Numbered from the stretch's first letter, positions 27,356 to 38,111 are shown. The stretch is DNA of 60,158 nt from Bacteroidota bacterium (GCA_013202965.1 JABMQZ010000235.1:1-60158); one strand, 5' to 3'. Notes: generated by a model from the letters alone, not told the origin. Numbers and translations: made by a program.

Positions 27356-28033
27356 TTATTGTAGTGTGAATCTTACCGGAAGGTTATACTGAACCCTGAC
27401 AGGTTTACCTCTTTGCTTCCCGGGCTTCCATTTGGGCATCGCAGCAACAACCCTGATGGCTTCTTCATCACAACCGCCACCAATGCCCCTGAGCACCTTT
27501 ACGTCGGTGATCGAACCGTTTCTCTCAACCACGAAGGTTACATATACTTTCCCTTGGATGCCGCTTTCTTTGGCCATTACAGGGTATTTGATGTTATTCC
27601 CAAGATAAACATACAACTCCTTCATTCCATTTGGAAATTCAGGCATGGATTCTACCACGGTGAAAATCGGTGCTTCATCTAAAACTTCTTCATCAATATC
27701 AATTGGGATATATTCATCCATTTCGGTAGTTTCATCTGCTTCGGCATCAATCATCAGATCATCTTCTACTTCAACATCATCTTTAACAATATTGATCTGA
27801 ACCACTCTCTGTGGAGGTGGAGGTGGAGGTGGTTTGACTTTTTGTTCGGTGATCGGAATGATCTCTTCAAGAACGTCATCGACTATCCTTTCGCCAAAAC
27901 CTTCCACGGATTTGTCATAGGATTTCCATTCGAAGGCAAGCAGAATCAGAGCCAGGGCTAAAATAAGGCCCAGCTGTGTAAAAATGATCTTTTTGCTTTC
28001 CAGATCTGCCTTTGGTGACTTTTTTGATTCCAT
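27356..28033 (-). CDS. tonB: Energy transducer TonB
   Basis: N-terminal TM anchor, proline stretch KPPPPPPPQ, and a TonB C-terminal domain (YPVMAKESGIQGKVYVTFVVERNGSITDVKVLRG). Confidence 0.85.
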   Translation of the reverse strand: MESKKSPKADLESKKIIFTQLGLILALALILLAFEWKSYDKSVEGFGERIVDDVLEEIIPITEQKVKPPPPPPPQRVVQINIVKDDVEVEDDLMIDAEADETTEMDEYIPIDIDEEVLDEAPIFTVVESMPEFPNGMKELYVYLGNNIKYPVMAKESGIQGKVYVTFVVERNGSITDVKVLRGIGGGCDEEAIRVVAAMPKWKPGKQRGKPVRVQYNLPVRFTLQ

Positions 28034-28084
28034 GGTATTTATTTTTTGATTTGTGATTCAGCCTCTTAGAACAGGATGGCTAAA

Positions 28085-28498
28085 TTAATTATAATTTTTA
28101 GAAGAATGCAAATTTTTCTTTTCATTTCTTCTGATGATATACCAGCTTAAATATCCGAGAGCGCATCCGGCCGTATCTGCAAAAAAATCATAATAATTTC
28201 CGTTACGCCCGGGGATGATAAACTTTTGCATCATCTCTGTAAAAAAAGCAAAAACTATGCCAAGTAAAAGACTCAGGACTACGGTGTTTTTAAGGAGGAA
28301 GGGGTATTTTGTCTGCCTCTGAAATCCTTCAAGTAAAAGGTAGGTGTAAATTCCGAAAAGGAATAAATGTATTAGTTTATCAAGCCCGATCCAGTCAGGA
28401 AAAGTAGTGACCCTTGGAATATAATTACCCGGAGTAAGCGTAAGCAGGACAATAAAGAATGTCCAGATGAGTCCCGGGAGTAAAGGTTTTTTGAACAT
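28085..28498 (-). CDS. VanZ-like family membrane protein
   Basis: 137 aa with 4 TM helices. The DKLIHLFLFG motif is typical of VanZ-like proteins. Confidence 0.7.
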   Translation of the reverse strand: MFKKPLLPGLIWTFFIVLLTLTPGNYIPRVTTFPDWIGLDKLIHLFLFGIYTYLLLEGFQRQTKYPFLLKNTVVLSLLLGIVFAFFTEMMQKFIIPGRNGNYYDFFADTAGCALGYLSWYIIRRNEKKNLHSSKNYN

Positions 28499-28506
28499 GA
28501 GGAAAC

Positions 28507-28887
28507 TTAAGCTTCTACCAGTTCCTTATAGCTGTCAGCATCGAGTAGTTCATCCAGTCCGGAGGGATCAGCGAATTTGATCTTAATGATCCATCCTTCG
28601 CCATAAGGGTCTTTATTGACAATTTCCGGGTTGGCTTCAAGCTCTTCATTAAACTCAAGCACCTCAGCGGCAATAGGCATAAATAGATCGGAAACAGTTT
28701 TTACTGCTTCAATGGTGCCGAAAGCTTCTCCCGCATCCAGGCTTTCCCCTTCCGTTTCAACTTCGATAAAAACAATATCACCCAGTTCTTTTTGGGCAAA
28801 TTCAGTAATGCCGATCAAGGCCTCATCACCATCAATTTTCAACCATTCATGGTCTTTGGTGTACTTTAAATTGTCAGGAATGTTCAT
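28507..28887 (-). CDS. gcvH: Glycine cleavage system protein H
   Basis: 126 aa. Lipoyl-lysine motif [12 protein letters not shown]. Confidence 0.95.
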   Translation of the reverse strand: MNIPDNLKYTKDHEWLKIDGDEALIGITEFAQKELGDIVFIEVETEGESLDAGEAFGTIEAVKTVSDLFMPIAAEVLEFNEELEANPEIVNKDPYGEGWIIKIKFADPSGLDELLDADSYKELVEA

Positions 28888-29103
28888 CTTGTTCTGGTTT
28901 TATTTTGAAGGCTCAAAAATACATTATTTTGTGAAATCGTGCGAATAAAGATTTGTTTTTTTAGTTTTTATCCGAAGTTCTGTAAAACCGCCTTGTTTGA
29001 TAAAATCAAAATGGGTTTTCTTGACATTGTGACGAAAGTTGATTAAATTGGTTCGCTAATAACCCCTGTTCTTTTGAAACGCTCACTTTAAATAATTATT
29101 AAG

Positions 29104-30021
29104 ATGAATAAATATCCACTATTAATTCTTATCGGAATAGTTCTTTTTCTTTTACAAAATACTACGAAGGCACAGGAATATATTCCATTTCCTGATTCGA
29201 ACGCAATATGGAGTGAGGTATTTACAAGTCTACAACCTTTTGAAATTTATACCTACCAATATGGAGTTTCAGGAGATACATTATTGAGTTCGAAATTGTA
29301 TAATAAAGTATACTTGTTAAATGATACATTATATCCTTTAAACATTGGTCAATATTGCGGCAGTATTAGGGAAGATAGTTTAAAAAGGGTATATGCTATA
29401 AACTGTATTTGTGTGTATCCAGGTGCAGGGAATGAAGAAGTATTATTGTACGATTTTTCTAAATCTATCGGAGATACTGTTTTTGTTGGCATGGATAGTA
29501 TTGGCCCTATGGGATTTATGGTTATTGATCATATTGATTCAATCCTTATTGATAACAACTACAGAAAAACATTTCATTTTGCTTATGATGATTATTGGAT
29601 TGAAGGAATAGGTAGTACACGCGGATTGTTTTCTCCCATTGTTGCTCAACCAACAGGTTTTCAGGATTGGGATTTAATATGTTTTAATCAAGACAATATG
29701 GGTATGTATTTAAATCCTGAATACAATAGCTGCTTTCCAATTCTTACCGGGATAAACGATTATATCCCTCAGAAAAACAATGTAAAAATCTACCCTCATC
29801 CGGTATGGGATATTAGCACACTTGATTTCAGTAAAATGGAAGCTGATTACTCTATTATGGAGATATTCAACATACATGGCAAAAAAGTAAAACATATCAA
29901 TCTTCATGGTGAAAACTACGTAAAAATATTCAACTATGAATATAAACCAGGTATGTATATATTCAAACTGTCAGGGGATAATTCGGAAATAATTAAAGGG
30001 AAAATGATCATCATACAATAA
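29104..30021 (+). CDS. Secreted protein with a T9SS C-terminal sorting domain; function unknown
   Basis: Signal peptide, and a C-terminal ~80 aa ending ...KPGMYIFKLSGDNSEIIKGKMIIIQ (T9SS type A CTD pattern). Confidence 0.7.
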   Translation: MNKYPLLILIGIVLFLLQNTTKAQEYIPFPDSNAIWSEVFTSLQPFEIYTYQYGVSGDTLLSSKLYNKVYLLNDTLYPLNIGQYCGSIREDSLKRVYAINCICVYPGAGNEEVLLYDFSKSIGDTVFVGMDSIGPMGFMVIDHIDSILIDNNYRKTFHFAYDDYWIEGIGSTRGLFSPIVAQPTGFQDWDLICFNQDNMGMYLNPEYNSCFPILTGINDYIPQKNNVKIYPHPVWDISTLDFSKMEADYSIMEIFNIHGKKVKHINLHGENYVKIFNYEYKPGMYIFKLSGDNSEIIKGKMIIIQ

Positions 30022-30054
30022 AAAACAATATCTGGTTTCAGGCTGCCGGTTTTC

Positions 30055-30118
30055 CCACAGTCTCAAAGTCCCACAGTCAAATAGTCTCTTAGTCCCCCAA
30101 TCTCCCAGTCTCTAAACT
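30055..30118. repeat. Octamer word array (8 units), NNNNAGTC on plus and GACTNNNN on minus
   Basis: CCACAGTC TCAAAGTC CCACAGTC AAATAGTC TCTTAGTC CCCCAATC TCCCAGTC TCTAAACT. It abuts and overlaps the sprA stop codon. Confidence 0.9.
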
Positions 30119-33100
30119 ACTGCGACAGCGAGAACCTCAAGCTAATCCCACCGTTTGTAGTTGAGTTTTTGTATTGGTTAGAAACAAAGGGATTGTTGAT
30201 GATCTTGTCGAAGAAAAAGCGGATGTTCAGGTTTTGGTTGAGCATATAATCAATGGAAGCATTGATGGATATGATTTTTTGTCCGGCGGAGACCTGGTTA
30301 ATCTCTTCATCGATCCTCCGAAGAATTGTTTTGTTGCTCCTGATGGAAAAATCAAGTTTAATGTTTACATCGCTTTCCATCCGGGTCTTCCGGCCTCCTC
30401 CTCCCATGGCGCGTACTGAAAATCCAAGGCTTTTGATCCGGTATCCGAGGCCCACCACAAATTCATTGCTCTTTACTTCGGTAACCTGGTTGTTGGCGAA
30501 ACTCAGGTTAAGGTTCCGTGATTTTTTGTACTCTATCTTAGTAGATAAGCTGTTATGCCAGGTCATATCTATTCCGATTAAAGGTGCGAACTGCTCCGTA
30601 ATAGTAATTTGCCCCATATCGTACCTGGGAATGTAATCGGTAGAGTATTGCTGGGTTTGTATTGGGTAGCCATTTGCATCCACATAGTTTATGTTTGACC
30701 TGAAGGAATTGATGGAATAAGTAGACCGGTAACTATGAGAGAGCGTAAGCTTCTTAAGAAAGCTTGAAATAAACTCTATCTTTGACAGCCCTGAATAGGT
30801 CACCCTCCAATTCGGCAGAGGGATGCTTGGGAAGTACCTCATATCAGCTTTGTTTGCACTTTTCCCGGAATAGGCTGCAAGGAAAGCGGGCCGCAATACT
30901 TCCGGCGAGGTTGGCCCGTATCCTTCAGGATAATAATCACCTGTTATGGAATCATATATATATTGTCCGTTCCAGTTCGGGTTCTCCCTGGCCAGTTGTT
31001 CTGCAATTTCCGGCCGCATATTCTTCATTTTCTCAAAGGTGGCAGAGATATTATCTTTCGAATCATTTTCAAATGCAGTTGCCCAGGTAATATGGGAAAT
31101 GCTGAAACTGCCTGCATCCATGGGAGAGAACGCCTGAAAGGAAGCCAGGGAATCAGAATAACGAAAATATTCCTGGTGGTTTTCAGAGTAATTCCTGTCA
31201 GCAGTTATCTCGATCTTGAAGTCGGGAAAAGGTTCTAAGTTGGTTCGGAACACAAAGGCGTCCTGATATTTTTTCAGATAAGGTTGGTTCAGTGTTGAAT
31301 CTTGCGTTATCCAGCCTTTATCAGCGGCTTCCTGTCTGATGTCTTTCTGGCTTCCAAATGTAAATCCCAGTCCGGGTGCCCCGTCACTCCACCTGCTTCC
31401 AAGGATATTCGGTTGAGGAATAAAGCCGGGCAAAGTGGTACCACTGCTCTGAGAGTATGTAAAGTTTGCTTTCTTCACACTCAGGAGGATCTTAAGCACG
31501 CCTTCTCCAATAACCTTAAAGTAATTTACCCCTGGTTTATCGGTACTATCTGCTTCAGCACCATCCTGGGCCTGCTGGTCATCCTGTCTGCCACCTCTCC
31601 TTGGGGCAGGCCCTCCTCTTTGTCTTTGATTTTTGGGCCGCAACAACTGTTTCAGGTATTTCGACTTGTTATATAGCTTGTCGAAGGCTAGGTTGCCGTT
31701 TAATTGCACTGTCCTGGAGTTTTCGATTTGATTTCCGAAACGGTCCTGAATAGAGAGAGGCGAAGCGGTCCAACTGTATCCCGACTGGTAAGTAAAATTT
31801 GCAGTTACCCATTCGAGGAATGGGAGCTTATCAATCGGGATAGCATAATTCAGCGTAAAATTTTGAACATACCTGTCCATAATTCCAAAGTTGAAAATCT
31901 GGCTTCTTACATCGATTGAATCGCGGGCTTTATCGTCATACCACTCACTGTTTTTGTTTTTACTGCCGGGGGCTTCATTAATAAAAGTGTTTGCAAGCGC
32001 ATTGAATTGCAGCGTGAGTGATTTGGCCAGATCAAACTTCAGGTCATATTTACGATCCCAATTCCAGCTTTTGTTATATGTTGGCCTGATCTTGATGTCT
32101 CCCACGCTTTTATCCCTGAGTTTCATCTCACCATATGCTTTGTTCATTTCGGTGGTGAAACTGAATGATTTAGGCAGAAAATAAAAGTTGAAATCCTTTA
32201 TGATGGTCAGGGCTTTGGTTTTGGAAATGAACCCGATCTTTTCAAGCGGCCTTACATTTTTAGGGGAAAGCGCAAAGTTATACCCGAAACCACCCCGGTA
32301 TTCCTGGAGCAGGTCATATTCTATGTCAACATTCCTGGCATATACCTCAGAATAGGCATAAGTAAAATTGAAGTTTTCAATGTCGTAAACCCTGGGTTTC
32401 TTGCTGCTTCCAACCCTGTCTTTCCGTATATTCATGAAATTGATATTCTTCCTCTGCGTATAGTCGACTACCAATCGTTTAACAGAATCCTGCTTGTCTT
32501 TAGCCACATAGGAATTCAGATCATCTTGCAGCAAAATATCCGGATCGAGCGGGTTGTATTCAGGTGTGATATGAGTTTCGGAATAGTCGAAATGCATGGG
32601 TATTCTGATCCCGGCTTTTTCCGGGAAGAACTTACCCAGTTCAAGGTCGGTGGAAACATCAAACTGGCTTATTGATTCCAGGTTCACATCACTGATCTTG
32701 CTGTCGAGGCTGGCAAATCCTGCCGAGCTGTGCATGCCGGATACAGTCAGCTGTCCGAAGTCAGCAAGTTGTGCCTGCAGCGTAGTGGTTGCTGCCCATC
32801 CTCCCTTTTTATTGAAATCAGTTAAGCGCAACTCATTCACCCAAACTTCCGCACACACCGGTTCCATTTCTACAACTCCCGGCTTTTTAGGGTTCCTGAC
32901 TCCGATCATAATGGTTTTTACATCACTGATAGTGGGAGAGCCAAGAACAGTGATCTTACGGTCACCTGAATATTCTACGTAGGGAAATGTCAGTTGCACT
33001 TCTGAACCGGGTTCACGCATGGCAATGTTTCTGCGGTGTTTCACACTCACAAGGTGAATCAGGTCAATTTCAAAATTATTGGCAATTGGCCAAATGGCAT

Positions 33101-36100
33101 CAGGATCAGTAGCCGGAGTTCCCCAGGGAGTAAAAGTCAGCGGGACCTCAAATTCATAATAGTTTTCAGTAAAATCAGTTCCTATCCTGATAAAGCAGCT
33201 AAGGTCGCCGTATTCCAGTTCCTGCGATTCAATTGATTTCTCAGCGTGAACAAACATCTTCAGATTCTTGTACTGACGAAAGTCGAAATCCGTAGTTTTA
33301 AATGCTGCACGGGCATCTCCGTCAACAAGGCCACACACATTCAGTACCATGGCTTGCTCATTGAGTCGGATCAGGTTGGTGGTACCAAGATTGATCTCTC
33401 TTTCAATACCGGGTGGAATCACATAAGGGACCGGTTGTCTGAATCCATTTTCCTCAATATTGAGTGTGGAAATATCGAAGGTTGTGAGGGCCTGAATGTC
33501 ATCAGGGATATATTCACCGGCTGCCAGCAGGTCATGCTGATATTTACGCCATTCGCCCCTGACCAGTTCAAAAGTGGCAAACCTGAGCACTACCGGGCGT
33601 TCAAAATCTTTCATAAAAATACGCATAAAGCGAATAGATCTGAAATCTTTAATACCCCCGATTGCTCGGTCCGGCTGGCTGACCGGAATCTTAAACTGGT
33701 ACCATTTTGTACTGGTCACTTTATTGTTGGGAAGCTGAATTCCCTGGGCCGTGAAAACATCAGTGATATATTGGTTTCCCACCTCCATTTTTTGGGGGTC
33801 CAATTCGATCTCATATTGGAAATAACGCTCTGATTCACTCAGGGTATTATCACGGTTGAGGTCTTCAATATCTGGCAGGGTGGTTGCGGCTGTAGGGTAA
33901 TTTTCCTGATTCTGCGCATCGGTGGGGGAGTTCCCATCAGGCCCGTTAAAGTTTTTATAACGTTCCAGAACGCTTGAATAAAAAGGATTTCCGTCAAAAT
34001 CGCTACCCCTGAAATAATGATAGTTATCCGCAGAAGGATCAAGGAATGCATCCTGGTATGCCTCGGAGTTAGGTCCGAATATTGCAGCAATGGTGTCGAG
34101 GTAAGGATGCATTCCTGCACTCGAGTAGAAAGACCTTTCATCATTGTCGCCCAGTCCATCGTAACCCACATCCTGGTAAGGCCTGGATCCCTCCTCGTTA
34201 TCAAATGATTCTACAAGGGCCTGCACATTGGGCACCCTCCCCCATCCTGTAGTGTCCACGTTCTTTACTTCTGAAGTTGTGGGAAGTCCGTTCTCATATG
34301 ATTTCCTGGAGTCGCGTAGAACGTCTTCAGAAACATCCCCCAGGTTGAAATACAGTTTTCCTTTATTGGTGGAGTCTTCCGAAAACGGATCCATCAGCCA
34401 GAACTCAATGTATTCCACATTGGTAGCTTCAAAGTCAGTTGATTCGATCTTTCGCATGATACCGCCCCATCGGGTTTCCGGATCAGCCAGGCTACCATCT
34501 GTATTGATACCGCTGGTGTAGGGCCCGGGTACCACATCAAAGTTATATGGTCCGCGTTCCGAAGGATAATATGCCAGGTTGAACACGGCAATGTTGGTAG
34601 GGGTTCCGCTTGGAATATCCTTATTTGGGAAAACCTCAGTTTCAAGAACCTGCCTGACAACATCTTTCGACAATTCATCCTTGGTAACATTGGACGGCAC
34701 CAATGTGCTGTTTCTGTCGTAGAAGAGGGGGTCAATGATATACCATGCAAGCTTGGCCCTGTTCATGCCATAGTCGATCTGTGTTTTAAAGTTAAATGCC
34801 CCTGCAATGTATGTTTCGGGGAACAGATCCGGCTGACCCTGGGGAGTACTGGCGTTAAACCAGGTTCCGTAGTTTTTAAGATCTATGGTAGATTTGGCGC
34901 CTTCAAAGTCATCAATATAGGAAGTTCCAGTTTTTCCAATGGCTTTAGAATGCCCTGGTAGAAAATGAGCAAATTCCGCTGTAATACTGACCATCGAAGG
35001 TGCTTTGGTCTCTATGAGCGGGATTTTGTCGACCATTTTGGTCAGGAATCTTGATTCTGCCTGATAGTTCAGGTCCAGTCCCCAGATGGTGTTGTTGATA
35101 GGATCATTTCCATAACTTACCTTTTGGGTAAGAGGCCTTTCGCGAAGATTCAGGATGGTGCCGCCAATAAGGAAGTTAGGATTGATGGTATGCTCAATAC
35201 GGGATCCCATCAGGCGTTTGGTTTGAATGTTGAACAAGGTGTTATTCTCCATGGAAACGTGGATAGGTGTGCCCGAATTCAGGATTCCTTCGTTGATGAT
35301 CCTGACACGTCCGAGTGTGTAATCCACCGTATAATCCACATTTTCTGTCAGCGTGCGTCCACCGGCCGTAACTTTTACAGATCCCCTGGGCACATTGAAG
35401 GCATTCAGGCTGATCTCTGATCCGGAAGAAGATTGATAAAAGCCTTCGAGAATGTATCTGTTTTTATCCGGGAATTGCTCTGCCCCGGTTTTTGTGAGGG
35501 TATACAACGAATCGTAGCAATACCTGTTGGCCAGTGCTGAGTCCCCGCCATTTGAGATAATCTCGTTTCTCAGGTAGCTGCCGAATGGCTCCAGTACTGT
35601 AAAAAATATCTTACCATTTGATGCTTGTATAGTACCTCCATTAGTAGCAGCACCATCCAGGAAATCAAAGAGACCGTCATCCGGAGGGTTCATCTGCTGG
35701 TTCAAATTATCGAGATTAAAGACATGCAGCAGGGGAACACCCTTAATATTATCCGGGCCTTCTTCAAAATATCCTGTCGGCACCCCATTATCATTCCCTG
35801 AATACAGAATATTCATGATGAATTTTTCCCTGCTGACCTGGTATGCGCCGATAGAGTATATGTTTTTCATCATGAGGTTCCACATCGGCACACTGATGTC
35901 CAATGTGGGGCTTTTCAAAAGTTTAACAAGCAGGCAGGAAGGAGACACAATACCCTGGTCAGAAAATTCCCCAACCTGGAAAACAGAGCTGTCTTGTCCG
36001 ATCACAGTGAACTGGTATGAAACAGCGAGTGTCTGGTCTGAATTCAGTGTAGTATTCAATGAAATAAATCCGAGCCTGCTGTTCAGTGTATATTCACTCC

Positions 36101-37502
36101 GATCAAGTTTTCTGGCCACTTCCACTTTCTCGAAATCAATGCCGGGATTATAACCCAGGCTTTTAAGGTAGTTTGATGCCGTATTGATATCCCGGATATT
36201 GTTGGTATCCAGGTTTTCGAGCAGGGTATTGGAATTATTCGACGGATAAACCCTTCCCGGGTTTGGCAGTACAGCGGCGTTGTATATCACCTTGTTTTCT
36301 CCAAGGTCCTGGAACGCAACAATATTTCTGTTTTCCGTAACAGCTGCACCGATATTTGTTACCCATACTTCTATCCTTGTTATGTTGATATCGGAAATAA
36401 CAAGGGGCAGTTCAGAAAGTACTGATTCATAATGATCCCTGAAATAATGAGAGAGAAAGAAGTGCTTGTTTTCGTCATAATCCAATGCGGTGAGGTAAAA
36501 ATCATTTGACTGTGCTCCTCCCTGAACGGTAACCGATGAGATTTCACTCTGCTGTTCAGAGTATACGGCAGTGACCATGGTTCGCCCAAACTGCAGTTTC
36601 GTTTTGATCCCGAACAAGCTCTGGTTTCCTGTGATCAGGCTTGTGTTCAGTGGCAGTGAAACATTACCTGCTTCGATGAGTTTGATGATCTCATCCTCCT
36701 TCCCTTCATATTTCAGTTGCAGTTTGTTTTCAAAGTCGAAAGTGGCTTCCGTATTGTAATTTGTCCTGAACTCGATCTTGTCACCAATCTTTGCAACTAC
36801 GTTCATCTGTATCTTCATATCGAAGTCGAAGTTGGTGGTCCTTCGCTGGCGAACGTTCAGTGTTGGGTTGTCAGTTTTGTTATTCATGATACCGAAGATC
36901 AGCTCAGCTGATCCCTGCGGACGTATGTCGATGGTATTGTTCCCGAAAATGGTTTCAAAGAATTTACCTCCGATATAAATTTTTGGGATGATGCCATCTC
37001 CACGGTCAAGGCCTGCAGATCCCATGGAGCGCTCTTTCCAGTAACTTCTTACCGAATTTTTTAGTTCGAATTCCTGGTACTCATCGAAAGACATATAGGT
37101 TGGATTACGGTAATTCAGGTCTCCGATCTTGTTTTGGAATAAGTATTGATTGGTTTCAGGATCGTATTCGATCTCTGTTTGCAGGTTGGAAGGGTTGCCC
37201 AGGAAAAGACCATGGGTGTCGGCCGGAACAAATAATAATTCACCATTGTCCTGGAAATTGTATATCAGGCTTACAGGCGGGATGCTGTCTTCTTCAGGAA
37301 TAGTATCAGGAGGAAGCCAGGGAACAACAATGGTTCCATCCCCGTAACCACCGGCAGATGTTTCCCAGACAATGACGAAAAAGGAAACAAATAAAATAAA
37401 AGTGAACAGATATTTTATTACCCGTATCAAATACCATTTTTTATGTCCGCCCGGAGGCAGAATTGTGCAAAAATTTATAGCTCGCAGATTTGGTGGAAAC
37501 AA
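30117..37502 (-). CDS. sprA: T9SS translocon / cell-surface gliding protein SprA (Sov family)
   Basis: 2461 aa. N-terminal hydrophobic anchor or signal and a beta-rich sequence. Assigned by family-level recall of SprA. The track start is a TTG codon 6 nt after ruvA, so the exact start is uncertain. Confidence 0.85.
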   Translation of the reverse strand: MFPPNLRAINFCTILPPGGHKKWYLIRVIKYLFTFILFVSFFVIVWETSAGGYGDGTIVVPWLPPDTIPEEDSIPPVSLIYNFQDNGELLFVPADTHGLFLGNPSNLQTEIEYDPETNQYLFQNKIGDLNYRNPTYMSFDEYQEFELKNSVRSYWKERSMGSAGLDRGDGIIPKIYIGGKFFETIFGNNTIDIRPQGSAELIFGIMNNKTDNPTLNVRQRRTTNFDFDMKIQMNVVAKIGDKIEFRTNYNTEATFDFENKLQLKYEGKEDEIIKLIEAGNVSLPLNTSLITGNQSLFGIKTKLQFGRTMVTAVYSEQQSEISSVTVQGGAQSNDFYLTALDYDENKHFFLSHYFRDHYESVLSELPLVISDINITRIEVWVTNIGAAVTENRNIVAFQDLGENKVIYNAAVLPNPGRVYPSNNSNTLLENLDTNNIRDINTASNYLKSLGYNPGIDFEKVEVARKLDRSEYTLNSRLGFISLNTTLNSDQTLAVSYQFTVIGQDSSVFQVGEFSDQGIVSPSCLLVKLLKSPTLDISVPMWNLMMKNIYSIGAYQVSREKFIMNILYSGNDNGVPTGYFEEGPDNIKGVPLLHVFNLDNLNQQMNPPDDGLFDFLDGAATNGGTIQASNGKIFFTVLEPFGSYLRNEIISNGGDSALANRYCYDSLYTLTKTGAEQFPDKNRYILEGFYQSSSGSEISLNAFNVPRGSVKVTAGGRTLTENVDYTVDYTLGRVRIINEGILNSGTPIHVSMENNTLFNIQTKRLMGSRIEHTINPNFLIGGTILNLRERPLTQKVSYGNDPINNTIWGLDLNYQAESRFLTKMVDKIPLIETKAPSMVSITAEFAHFLPGHSKAIGKTGTSYIDDFEGAKSTIDLKNYGTWFNASTPQGQPDLFPETYIAGAFNFKTQIDYGMNRAKLAWYIIDPLFYDRNSTLVPSNVTKDELSKDVVRQVLETEVFPNKDIPSGTPTNIAVFNLAYYPSERGPYNFDVVPGPYTSGINTDGSLADPETRWGGIMRKIESTDFEATNVEYIEFWLMDPFSEDSTNKGKLYFNLGDVSEDVLRDSRKSYENGLPTTSEVKNVDTTGWGRVPNVQALVESFDNEEGSRPYQDVGYDGLGDNDERSFYSSAGMHPYLDTIAAIFGPNSEAYQDAFLDPSADNYHYFRGSDFDGNPFYSSVLERYKNFNGPDGNSPTDAQNQENYPTAATTLPDIEDLNRDNTLSESERYFQYEIELDPQKMEVGNQYITDVFTAQGIQLPNNKVTSTKWYQFKIPVSQPDRAIGGIKDFRSIRFMRIFMKDFERPVVLRFATFELVRGEWRKYQHDLLAAGEYIPDDIQALTTFDISTLNIEENGFRQPVPYVIPPGIEREINLGTTNLIRLNEQAMVLNVCGLVDGDARAAFKTTDFDFRQYKNLKMFVHAEKSIESQELEYGDLSCFIRIGTDFTENYYEFEVPLTFTPWGTPATDPDAIWPIANNFEIDLIHLVSVKHRRNIAMREPGSEVQLTFPYVEYSGDRKITVLGSPTISDVKTIMIGVRNPKKPGVVEMEPVCAEVWVNELRLTDFNKKGGWAATTTLQAQLADFGQLTVSGMHSSAGFASLDSKISDVNLESISQFDVSTDLELGKFFPEKAGIRIPMHFDYSETHITPEYNPLDPDILLQDDLNSYVAKDKQDSVKRLVVDYTQRKNINFMNIRKDRVGSSKKPRVYDIENFNFTYAYSEVYARNVDIEYDLLQEYRGGFGYNFALSPKNVRPLEKIGFISKTKALTIIKDFNFYFLPKSFSFTTEMNKAYGEMKLRDKSVGDIKIRPTYNKSWNWDRKYDLKFDLAKSLTLQFNALANTFINEAPGSKNKNSEWYDDKARDSIDVRSQIFNFGIMDRYVQNFTLNYAIPIDKLPFLEWVTANFTYQSGYSWTASPLSIQDRFGNQIENSRTVQLNGNLAFDKLYNKSKYLKQLLRPKNQRQRGGPAPRRGGRQDDQQAQDGAEADSTDKPGVNYFKVIGEGVLKILLSVKKANFTYSQSSGTTLPGFIPQPNILGSRWSDGAPGLGFTFGSQKDIRQEAADKGWITQDSTLNQPYLKKYQDAFVFRTNLEPFPDFKIEITADRNYSENHQEYFRYSDSLASFQAFSPMDAGSFSISHITWATAFENDSKDNISATFEKMKNMRPEIAEQLARENPNWNGQYIYDSITGDYYPEGYGPTSPEVLRPAFLAAYSGKSANKADMRYFPSIPLPNWRVTYSGLSKIEFISSFLKKLTLSHSYRSTYSINSFRSNINYVDANGYPIQTQQYSTDYIPRYDMGQITITEQFAPLIGIDMTWHNSLSTKIEYKKSRNLNLSFANNQVTEVKSNEFVVGLGYRIKSLGFSVRAMGGGGRKTRMESDVNIKLDFSIRSNKTILRRIDEEINQVSAGQKIISINASIDYMLNQNLNIRFFFDKIINNPFVSNQYKNSTTNGGISLRFSLSQ

Positions 37503-37508
37503 GGGGAA

Positions 37509-38111
37509 TCATAGGAGTTTCAAGGTTTCCCTGATGAGCTCCTCAACCGTAAGCGCAGAATCTGGGTTATGTTCTTTTCTACTGGTAAATGCTTTATCCA
37601 AGGCCTTCTCTGCTTGTTTCCTGTTAAACCCTAACGAGCTTAATCCTGTTAACGCATCATTAAAGAGTGTATTGTGCGACATAGTATATTTATCTTCTAA
37701 TATATAGCCGTCTTTTTCTACCTTATCTTTAAGGTCAATAACGATTCTCTGAGCTGATTTGGCCCCAATCCCTTTAATGGATTTAAGTAAGTTTACATTT
37801 TCAGAGCTAATGGCCGTGCTGATCTCATCCGGAGAATATGAAGAAAGGATGAGCCTTGCTGTATTTGCCCCGACACCTGAAACAGAGATCAGATTGCGAA
37901 ATAACTGCCTTTCCTGCAAGCTTGAAAACCCGAACAGCATATGGGCATCTTCCCTCACAATAAGGTGTGTATACAGTTTGGAAACCTGATCTTTCTCAAG
38001 ATGTGAATATGTAAAAACAGAAATGTTTATAAAATAACCTACTCCATGAACATCAACAACTGCGTAAGCAGGATTTACTTCGCTTATCTTACCTTCAATA
38101 TATGCATACAT
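37509..38111 (-). CDS. ruvA: Holliday junction branch migration complex subunit RuvA
   Basis: 200 aa. N-terminus MYAYIEGKI...VVDVHGVGYFINIS. HhH motifs (VSGVGANTARLIL, IKGIGAKSAQRIV). Confidence 0.92.
   Translation of the reverse strand: MYAYIEGKISEVNPAYAVVDVHGVGYFINISVFTYSHLEKDQVSKLYTHLIVREDAHMLFGFSSLQERQLFRNLISVSGVGANTARLILSSYSPDEISTAISSENVNLLKSIKGIGAKSAQRIVIDLKDKVEKDGYILEDKYTMSHNTLFNDALTGLSSLGFNRKQAEKALDKAFTSRKEHNPDSALTVEELIRETLKLL

Noticed and set aside
28888-29103. Glycine riboswitch upstream of gcvH
   Set aside because: The minus-strand leader lacks the conserved GGAGAG...CACCG-type aptamer cores. It is AT-rich and unstructured by eye.
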